64,000 nt of DNA. It comes from an uncultured Acidimicrobiia bacterium. Its GTDB lineage: Bacteria > Actinomycetota > Acidimicrobiia > Spongiisociales > JAOTWH01. Below are positions 53,065 through 60,542 of this stretch, in pieces; position 1 is the first letter of the stretch, and each line of letters starts with the position of its first letter. Under the pieces are notes generated by a model. The model had not been told where the DNA came from. It was given only the letters and a program-made list of their open reading frames with translations, and made no database searches. A program made the translations under genes and the position numbers. The DNA lies in contig CAXMQS010000030.1 in assembly GCA_964195995.1 (NCBI GenBank), positions 33,861 to 97,860 on the forward strand, in the 5' to 3' direction.

Positions 53065-54492
53065 ATGAGGATCCACAAGCTCTTAGCGGTGCTTGCCGTT
53101 ATGGCGCTGGTAGCGGCGTCATGCGGCGACTCCGGTAGTACCACGACAGACGCCCCAGCTACCGCGGCCCCGGCAACGGAGGCCCCGGCGACCGAGGCCC
53201 CGACAACGGAGGCTCCGGCAACGGAGGCCCCGGCGACCGAGGCCCCGGCCGGCGTTGCCACCGACGTCGGCATCACTGAGGAGCCGTGCCCCGGCGGCAA
53301 CCCTAATAACGGGTGCATCTACCTCGGAGTCCTCACTGATGAGACCGGGCCATTCGCCGCTGCGTCTCCAGCCCTGGTCGGCGCCCACAAGGCGTTCTGG
53401 GCAACCGTGAACGCCTTTGGTGGTATCGCCGACATGTACGACGTTGCCGTGCCCGATGACTTCAAGCGGGATACCGGTTACGTCCCGGACGCTCACGTTG
53501 CCAGCTACGCCGAGATCGCGGACGATGTTGCGGCGCTGGCCGAGTCGTTGGGCACGTCGCAGACCATCGCCGCTCTTCCCGACTATGCCAGGGACGGCAC
53601 GATCGCCTCGCCGGCATCGTGGTGGTCGGGCTGGGGCTTCGAATCCGTCGATCAAGGTCTAATCCTCGAATACGGCACCAATTATTGCTTCGAGGCCATG
53701 AACGCGGTCGATTGGGCTATGGGCGCGGTGCCTGCTGCAGGCAGGCCGGACATCACCCGAATCGGCATCGCTGGCCACCCCACCGACTACGGCGGTGACT
53801 ATGGAGCTGGCGTTGCGATCGCTGCCGAGGCCAATGGCCTCGAGGTGGCATGGAACGTGGTAAGCATCCCGGTTGCTGCCGGAGGCGACCCAACGCAGGC
53901 TGAGGTGGTTGCCCAGATCCTGAGCGACCCGGTGGACGTCGTCTTCCTGGCTACTGGTCCCAATGAGACAGCGCCCATTGTCGCGGGTGCGCTGCAGCAG
54001 GGCGCTACCAACCTGTACATCGGTGCTGCCCCTTCATGGAATGTCGCGCTGCTGGCTACTGCGGCAGCGCCGGCCTTCGAGGCCGGCGTCTATTTCCAGT
54101 CGGCCTTCGTCGAGGGTTGGGACGCTGACAGCATCGGTCACACGAAGATGCGGGCCGCCATCACGTCGTCAGGGGCCAGCCCCAATGACTTCTTTGTCAC
54201 CGGCTGGGTGTCGCAGTATCCGATCAAGGCCGCCCTCGAAGCTGCTGTCGCCAACGGTGATGCCACCAAGGCCGGCATCGCTACGGCGGCCAAGGGGCTG
54301 ACAGAGGTCGACTATGAGGGCATGATGCCGTCGCGGAGTTACGACGGTGACCCCAACGACGTCTTCCCCCGCACGTCACAGGTCGGCGCCTACAGCGCAG
54401 ACTCGAGCACTGGTATCGCCTCGGTACAGGACTACTTCGTTGGTCCGACAGCCGCGGCCTACGACTTCACGGCCCCCTGCTTTGCTGGGTAG
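53065..54492 (+). CDS. ABC substrate-binding lipoprotein (LivK/PBP6-like) with TEAPA linker
   Basis: Lipobox AASC, IYLGVLTDETGPFA, HPTDYGGD; ATG at 53065. Confidence 0.88.
   Translation: MRIHKLLAVLAVMALVAASCGDSGSTTTDAPATAAPATEAPATEAPTTEAPATEAPATEAPAGVATDVGITEEPCPGGNPNNGCIYLGVLTDETGPFAAASPALVGAHKAFWATVNAFGGIADMYDVAVPDDFKRDTGYVPDAHVASYAEIADDVAALAESLGTSQTIAALPDYARDGTIASPASWWSGWGFESVDQGLILEYGTNYCFEAMNAVDWAMGAVPAAGRPDITRIGIAGHPTDYGGDYGAGVAIAAEANGLEVAWNVVSIPVAAGGDPTQAEVVAQILSDPVDVVFLATGPNETAPIVAGALQQGATNLYIGAAPSWNVALLATAAAPAFEAGVYFQSAFVEGWDADSIGHTKMRAAITSSGASPNDFFVTGWVSQYPIKAALEAAVANGDATKAGIATAAKGLTEVDYEGMMPSRSYDGDPNDVFPRTSQVGAYSADSSTGIASVQDYFVGPTAAAYDFTAPCFAG
53146..53250 (+). repeat. 15-bp coding tandem repeat, 7 x T(E/D/A)AP(A/T)
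   Basis: TDAPA TAAPA TEAPA TEAPT TEAPA TEAPA TEAPA. Confidence 0.9.
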
Positions 54493-54513
54493 TCGTTAGG
54501 CGCTGAGATTGAG

Positions 54514-54541
54514 GAACCGCCGCCCCCCGGGGCGGCGGTTC
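54514..54541 (+). terminator. Stem-loop terminator after the ABC operon
   Basis: GAACCGCCGCCCC-CC-GGGGCGGCGGTTC. Confidence 0.7.
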
Positions 54542-54593
54542 TCGTTGACCGACCCCCTCCGCCCCTTTGGGTTGTTATCTCTCCCCCCATGAG

Positions 54594-54830
54594 CCCGTCT
54601 CCCCCTTCAGGGGGAGACGGGAGGAGGACGGCAGTCCGACGAGCAGAGAGGGTCGACGGGGAGGGCACGTACTGGCCAACGTTGCTGGCTCCGTGTCATT
54701 CGTCGCGGAGCGACCGTCGACTCCTTTCGAGTCCTACTCGGACTCGACGAGCGTCTCCATCGAGTCGTCCTTCGGACGACGCCTTCTGCTACCTCCGCCC
54801 CTTCGGGGCACCTCCCCCTGGAGGGGGAGG
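54594..54830. repeat. Pair of REP-like hairpins
   Basis: CCCGTCTCCCCC-TTCA-GGGGGAGACGGG at 54594; GCCCC-TTC-GGGGC followed by CCTCCCCC-TGGA-GGGGGAGG near 54797-54830. Confidence 0.75.
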
Positions 54831-54841
54831 ATGATGATCGC

Positions 54842-55423
54842 CTAAAGGCTCTTCTTTTTGGCCAGTTTCCAGGCTGCTGGGAGCAGTGTTCCGGCCAGTC
54901 CTGCCTTGAGAAGGTCGCCCATGACGAACGGTACAAGGCCTAGCTCCATGGCCTCGGTGGCGGAGACGCCGAGATCCGCAGCCAGCCAGGTGACGCCAAA
55001 CAGGTAGATGACGACGGTGCCGGCGAGGAAGGCGGGAATGGCTGTGGCCATCGTGCGGTCTTGTTGGCGCTCGGCGAGATAGCCGACCAGCCATGCTGCA
55101 GCGACGAATCCAACGAGGTAGCCGCCGGTGGCGCCCGTGACAACGTCCCAGCCAGATGCCTGGTCGGCGTAGAAGGGGAGTCCGATGCCGCCAAGGAGGA
55201 TGTACAGGAGCTGGCTGGCGCCCCCCGCCCAGCTTCCCGCGGCCGCTCCGGCCAACAGCACGGCAAACGTCTGGCCGGTTATGGGAACCGGGGTGAAAGG
55301 AAGTCTGATCGAGAGTTGGGCAGCAGCAGCTGTGAGGAGTGCGAAGCCGACGATCAGTCCGGCGGTTGTGACCCGCGTCCGGGGCAGGACTCGAGTCGAG
55401 ATGACGGCTGCGCTGGCTTGCAC
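54842..55423 (-). CDS. bioY: Biotin transporter BioY
   Basis: PFTPVPITGQTF, GLPFYA, TGGYLVGF, PFVMGDLLK; GTG at 55423 with RBS. Confidence 0.93.
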   Translation of the reverse strand: MQASAAVISTRVLPRTRVTTAGLIVGFALLTAAAAQLSIRLPFTPVPITGQTFAVLLAGAAAGSWAGGASQLLYILLGGIGLPFYADQASGWDVVTGATGGYLVGFVAAAWLVGYLAERQQDRTMATAIPAFLAGTVVIYLFGVTWLAADLGVSATEAMELGLVPFVMGDLLKAGLAGTLLPAAWKLAKKKSL

Positions 55424-55549
55424 TGGTTCTCCCTTGGCGTAGGCGGCAGATAGTAGGACTTCGCCGATGCTGGGATCGGCTGACGGGAACCTCGCTTTGC
55501 GTGCTCGTCTAAAGCGCGCAGGGTGGTGGACCGATATAGTGACCAGCCC

Positions 55550-56122
55550 ATGCTCCGCCCCACTTCCCTCGCATTCGTCCTTGCCGTCGTGATTGTCACC
55601 GGGGCAACACCGGCGGTGGCGCAAGAGGAGGGCACCTTTTCCCTCGACAACCCGATAACCGCCTACGCGCCTTCTGGCTCGCGCCAGCCGGCTGGGGCTG
55701 CCGTGCAGGCCCTTGGCACCCAGGTCGGCTCGGTTCGCATTCCTGCCATCGACGTCGATCACCCGATGTACGCGGGCGTGGACCTTGGCGTTCTCTCCGA
55801 TGGACCTGGACACTGGCTGGGTACGGCGCGCCCAGGAGGCGACGGCAACTTGGTCATCGCCGGTCATCGCACCACCCACGGAGCACCCTTCGGCGATCTC
55901 GACCAGCTCGAGCGTGGAGACCTCATCCTCTTCGAAGGCCCCAAGGGGATCGACATCATGTACTCGGTCACCGAGACCATGATCGTCACCCCCGACGCCA
56001 TCTGGATCACCTACGACACCGGCGAGGACATCGCCACCCTCTTCGCCTGCCACCCCAAGGGCTCGCTCCGACAGCGCATCGTCATCCGGGCCAAACTGGT
56101 AGGGGACGGCAAGATCGCGTAG
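55550..56122 (+). CDS. Sortase (class D/E-like)
   Basis: GPGHW, IAGHRTT (His), TLFACHP (Cys), RQRIV (Arg). Confidence 0.87.
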   Translation: MLRPTSLAFVLAVVIVTGATPAVAQEEGTFSLDNPITAYAPSGSRQPAGAAVQALGTQVGSVRIPAIDVDHPMYAGVDLGVLSDGPGHWLGTARPGGDGNLVIAGHRTTHGAPFGDLDQLERGDLILFEGPKGIDIMYSVTETMIVTPDAIWITYDTGEDIATLFACHPKGSLRQRIVIRAKLVGDGKIA

Positions 56123-56130
56123 GCGAGAGT

Positions 56131-56325
56131 CTCTCCCCCCTTAGGGGGGAGTCCCGGCGAAGCCGGGGAGGGGGGCTTCGGTGCAGCAGAGCCTGGACCC
56201 GTGACGCGAATCAACCTTGGGTACTTCAGGGTCTCTCCGTTAGCCCGTTCGTTTCTCCGCCCTTAGGGGGAGTCCCGGCGAAGCCGGGGAGGGGGGCGTC
56301 CTCGCGTCTCCCCTGAAGGGGGAGA
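56131..56325. repeat. Tandem REP-like elements
   Basis: Two copies of CCTTAGGGGG(G)AGTCCCGGCGAAGCCGGGGAGGGGGG and a TCTCCCC-TGAAG-GGGGAGA hairpin. Confidence 0.8.
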
Positions 56326-56332
56326 GCCTCTT

Positions 56333-57196
56333 CTAGCCGCCGATTCCGCCGAAGCCTCCGCCAGAACGTCCGCGTCGCTTCGCGAATGCCGACGACATGG
56401 TGTCGGCTGAGAAGTAGCCAGAAGGAACGCTCCCGTTGGTTGCGAAGTGGTAGAGCGCTGTTTGGAAGATGACGCTGAGTGCGGCCATAACGACCACGAC
56501 GAGGACTATCCAGGCGACACCGAGGGCGATGGCTACTCCAAGCACGGCGCCACCGGCTGAAGCCCCAAGAAAGATGATGGCGATGCCGGGGATCATTGCC
56601 AGGAAGCCAATGATCCCGAACCCCATCTGCGCCGCCAGGTTCTCTCCCCAGGTGCGCTTGAACATGTTGCCCGACTTCTTGATGGCGTCGCCGACGCTAA
56701 GACCCTCGATCACGATGATGGGAAGCACCAGGAAAGTGACTACCGCCCATGCCATACCGGCGATGCCTGCAACGAACCTGCCCACGGCAGGGGAACGTTC
56801 CTCGATCGCCCGCAGGATGATGGAAACGGTCGCAGAAACGATGGCCCACGGGAGGATCTTGCCGGCGCGCCGTCTGGCGCCGGCAATGGCGCTGCCGAGG
56901 GTTGGGTCGCCGCCATTGAGGCGCTCGTTGGCTGCGCTGACGAGCGCGGCGTTGAAGAAGATGGTGACGTAGGCCAGCGCGACGTAGGCGGCGAACAGCA
57001 CGATGTAGGTCAAGACGCTGTCTGGCTGGCTGTCGGTGCTGAGGCTTTCGGTCGCGAATAGGGGAACGAGGAACGTGGCGGCAACGATCAGCGTCGCCAC
57101 TCCCGAGATGACCGGCAAGGCCAGTAGCTCCTTGTCCTTCTTGAGAACCTCCCACGAGGCCTTGATGAGTTCGATGGAGTTTCTGATGCGTCCCAT
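56333..57196 (-). CDS. Conserved membrane protein (DUF6159-like)
   Basis: SWEVLKKDKEL, FFNAALV, KRTWGE, ALYHFA. Confidence 0.75.
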   Translation of the reverse strand: MGRIRNSIELIKASWEVLKKDKELLALPVISGVATLIVAATFLVPLFATESLSTDSQPDSVLTYIVLFAAYVALAYVTIFFNAALVSAANERLNGGDPTLGSAIAGARRRAGKILPWAIVSATVSIILRAIEERSPAVGRFVAGIAGMAWAVVTFLVLPIIVIEGLSVGDAIKKSGNMFKRTWGENLAAQMGFGIIGFLAMIPGIAIIFLGASAGGAVLGVAIALGVAWIVLVVVVMAALSVIFQTALYHFATNGSVPSGYFSADTMSSAFAKRRGRSGGGFGGIGG

Positions 57197-57304
57197 CGCG
57201 GGATGGTACCGGTGAGTCGCACATCACCGACTGCAAGTGCTGGGCCACAACGCGCCTTCGCTGTCAGACCTGTAGCCCCGGTCCGCCGATAACCTTTCCC
57301 ACCG

Positions 57305-58354
57305 ATGGACAATCACGACTACGCGACACGTCGATTTCCGAAGTGGCCATTTGTACTGGCCGGTCTGGTGTTGTTACTGGGCCTCGCCGTCGTGTTCGTC
57401 TACCCGATCGAGCTCGACTACATCGCGTTCTCGGCCGGTAGCGTCGAAGACGTCAGCGATCACATGACCATCGAGGGCGATGTCTCGGAGCCTGTTGGCG
57501 ACCTCTTCTTCCTGACTGTGTCCGCCGACAGTGTGAACGTCTTTGAGTACATCGAGGCGACGTTCGACGGAGAGATCGATCTGACCCGTCGGAGCCGAGT
57601 GCGGCGCGAGGGCGAGACCAACGAGGAATTCTCGAGGCGCAACCTCGAGTCAATGGAAGAGTCGAAGCGAGCCGCTACCTATGTGGCCCTCACCAACCTC
57701 GGCTACGAGCCATCCGGCAGCGGAGCTCTCATCACCAACCTCGTTATCGACAGTCCGGCGATCGGACTCCTGGAGGTAGGTGACATCGTTGTGGGCGTTG
57801 CGGGCACCACGGTGAGCCTCGCCGACGAGGCGGTGGACATCGTCGGCACCTTCGGCCCGGGACAGACTGTGACGCTCACTGTCAAGCACGGCGAGGACGG
57901 CGATACCGAGGACATCGACGTCACGCTCGCGGTCAATCCCGACGACGCCGGCAAGGGACTCATCGGAGTCTTCCTGACTACGGCGATCGACTTTCCAGTC
58001 GACGTCGACATCGACTCGGGCAACATCGGAGGCCCATCTGCGGGGATGATGTATGCGCTGGGCATCATGAACCTCCTGACTCCCGAGGACATGACGCAGG
58101 GCCACCTCATCGCCGGAACCGGCACGATCCGCTTCGACGGAACAGTGGGTCCGATCGGTGGTGTTCGTCAGAAGATCTTCGCCGCCAGAGACGCCGGCGC
58201 TAGTTACGCCCTCGTTCCTGCCGACAACTATGCCCAGGCGCTCGATGCTGCCGATGGGGATATCGGTGTCATCTCGATAGCGACGATCGACGATGCGTTG
58301 ACTTTCTTTGACTCTCTAGAGCCGTCCGCAGCGCTTCAAGCATCGCAAGGCTGA
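57305..58354 (+). CDS. PDZ plus Lon-type (S16) protease, YlbL-like
   Basis: N-terminal TM, PDZ, IGGPSAG (Ser), AGTGTI, GGVRQK (Lys). Confidence 0.9.
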   Translation: MDNHDYATRRFPKWPFVLAGLVLLLGLAVVFVYPIELDYIAFSAGSVEDVSDHMTIEGDVSEPVGDLFFLTVSADSVNVFEYIEATFDGEIDLTRRSRVRREGETNEEFSRRNLESMEESKRAATYVALTNLGYEPSGSGALITNLVIDSPAIGLLEVGDIVVGVAGTTVSLADEAVDIVGTFGPGQTVTLTVKHGEDGDTEDIDVTLAVNPDDAGKGLIGVFLTTAIDFPVDVDIDSGNIGGPSAGMMYALGIMNLLTPEDMTQGHLIAGTGTIRFDGTVGPIGGVRQKIFAARDAGASYALVPADNYAQALDAADGDIGVISIATIDDALTFFDSLEPSAALQASQG

Positions 58355-58400
58355 TTTTCGCGGTCTTCACGAGTCAATAACGGTTATCGTGGTTGTCCAG

Positions 58401-60347
58401 ATGACCGATAGCACCGCTCCTTCCGGCCAAGAGGAATTCCGTAGCGTCCTGCGCGGCTACGACCGCGAGCAGGTAGACAACTTCCTTCGAGAGGCATCCG
58501 AGCGCATCGACTCACTCGAGAGGGAGCGGGCCGCTCTTGTCGCTCGAATGGGTGAGGGCGGAGTTGATGATCGGGGCTCGGAGATCGATGCCATCACCTC
58601 TGAGATGAACCGCATCCTGCATGCCGCACACGATGCCGCCGAGGGCATGCGCTCTCGAGCTTCCGAGGACGCTACGACATGGCGTGCCGAGGCCGAGGCC
58701 GAAACGACGTCCCAAAGGGAAGAAGCCCAAGAGACCGCGGAAGAGGTGCGCGGAGATGCCTGGACGACGGCGTCTGGCCTGCTGGAGCAGGTCAAGGCAT
58801 ACGCGGCACGACTCACGCGGGACGCCGAGCAAGACGGCCTGAACCTGCGCGCCGAGGCGGAGCGCGAGGCATCTCGACATGTGGCGCAGGCGCGTCAGGA
58901 CGGCGAGGAGACCCTTCGCCACTCCAGGCTCGAATCCGACCGCATGATGGAGGATGCTCGTCGAGAGAGCCACAACCTCATCGAAGCCGCCAAGCTCGAG
59001 GCCGAGGCTGCGCAGGAAAGAGCCCGAGCCCTCGAGGAGCGACGCACCGACCTCATGGGAGAGCTCGACGTGGCTCAGGCAGCGATTTCCAAGCTCGAAG
59101 CCGACTTGACTGCTCGCAAGGATGCCCTTGCCGCGGCCGGCAGGTTCGAGCCCACCTCGTCGGTTCGGGTTGTGTCCGACGCCGACACCGATGAGAAGTG
59201 GTTTGACCCTGACGAGACGGTGCGAGTCGTTTCTGCCGACATCGCCCTTGCCGACCCGGAGCCGGTTGACGCTGTCGAGCTGGCGGACGAGGTCCGCCAG
59301 CTGCGGGAGCGGCGCGAGAAAGCCGAGAGCGCTGTTGCTGCACTGTTGAACAGGGTCAACGAGGCCTCGACTGAGCCTGAGCCCGAGCCCGAGCCCGAGG
59401 CCTCGACCGAACCCGAGCCCGAGCCCGAGGCCTCGACCGAACCCGAACCCGAGCCCGAGCCCGAGGCCTCGACTGAGCCCGAACCCGAGCCCGAGCCCGA
59501 GGCCTCGACTGAGCCCGAGCCCGAGCCCGAACCCGATCCCGATCCCGAGCCCGAGGAGATGGCGTCGGTGGCTGCTGCTCCCGACAACGTCGATTCCCTG
59601 TTCGCAGCCCTACGCTCGTCGGCGGATAGTTCGAAGGTGGTCGACTCCAACGGAGACACCTCATCCAAACCCGCTGCTACTGCCGTTGCCACCAGAGCCA
59701 CCGTTGGCGATCCTTTCGAGCTCCGCGATCGCCTGCTGTTGCCCGTTACCAATCGCACATTGCGCACGATCAAGAGGTCGCTGGTTGAACTCCAGAACCA
59801 GACCCTGGAGGAGCTGCGCGAAGTTGGCGAAGGGTGGCGTCCTGATCGTGCCGTCTTTGAGAGCTCATTCCATGGCGACCTCGAGGGACTGGCTCAAGAG
59901 GCCATGGTCGCCGGCGTCACCGCGGCGGCGGAATTGGCTGGGGCGTCTGCCGTCCCCGAAGCTGAGAAGGTGGCAACTACGAATCCGACCACAGAGGTGG
60001 CTGGCTCTTTGTTCGCGGAGGTTGACGATGTCGCACAGCGGGCGGCTTCTTCGGGTGCCGGCCATCGCCAAGCCACCGCAGCCGTCTCGAGAGTTTTCCG
60101 CACGTGGCGAAGCGACGCGGCAGAGCGTCACTTGAGGGCGGCTTCACTTGCCTCCTATCACGATGGCTTGCTGTCTGGCATGGAGGCACTCGAGGTTGCC
60201 TCAGTGAGGGGCATAGCCGACGGCCGCATGTGCGCCGAATGTCCTGCCTCGGCAAAGGCCTCGTGGCCGCCGTCGGGCTCGACGCCCAAGGGGACCGGAA
60301 TCCCCCCGGTGCACCTCGATTGCGGTTGCACCATCATCCCTGGTTAG
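58401..60347 (+). CDS. DivIVA-domain coiled-coil protein with EP repeats and a C-terminal MuF-like Cys/His motif
   Basis: [17 protein letters not shown] (DivIVA motif), long Ala/Glu/Arg coiled coil, CAEC...[13 protein letters not shown]; start 58389 or 58401. Confidence 0.8.
   Translation: MTDSTAPSGQEEFRSVLRGYDREQVDNFLREASERIDSLERERAALVARMGEGGVDDRGSEIDAITSEMNRILHAAHDAAEGMRSRASEDATTWRAEAEAETTSQREEAQETAEEVRGDAWTTASGLLEQVKAYAARLTRDAEQDGLNLRAEAEREASRHVAQARQDGEETLRHSRLESDRMMEDARRESHNLIEAAKLEAEAAQERARALEERRTDLMGELDVAQAAISKLEADLTARKDALAAAGRFEPTSSVRVVSDADTDEKWFDPDETVRVVSADIALADPEPVDAVELADEVRQLRERREKAESAVAALLNRVNEASTEPEPEPEPEASTEPEPEPEASTEPEPEPEPEASTEPEPEPEPEASTEPEPEPEPDPDPEPEEMASVAAAPDNVDSLFAALRSSADSSKVVDSNGDTSSKPAATAVATRATVGDPFELRDRLLLPVTNRTLRTIKRSLVELQNQTLEELREVGEGWRPDRAVFESSFHGDLEGLAQEAMVAGVTAAAELAGASAVPEAEKVATTNPTTEVAGSLFAEVDDVAQRAASSGAGHRQATAAVSRVFRTWRSDAAERHLRAASLASYHDGLLSGMEALEVASVRGIADGRMCAECPASAKASWPPSGSTPKGTGIPPVHLDCGCTIIPG
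59361..59558 (+). repeat. Coding repeat 5 x EAST(EP)n
   Basis: GAGGCCTCGAC-(GAGCCC)n units read directly. Confidence 0.9.
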
Positions 60348-60542
60348 GCGTTCCCAGCTAGCCGGCCAGCTCCAAGGCACGCCAACCCGCCATCTCGACT
60401 CCGCATACTCGGGGAACTGCGAGGCGACGAGACGCCGCGCCACGCCGGTATCGAAAGCGATGTCTGGGTCCCGTGGGTTTGCCACTGCGGTGAAGCTAAC
60501 GGTGCCTGAGGCCAACGTGAGAGCCACGCCTACAATCTCGCG

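Noticed and set aside
54567-54845. Small ORFs between the REP-like hairpins
   Set aside because: No recognisable motif (no DUF559 or transposase signature) and they run through the hairpins
59075-59773. Minus-strand (GS)n-rich ORF
   Set aside because: Reverse reading of the EP repeat in the DivIVA-fusion gene
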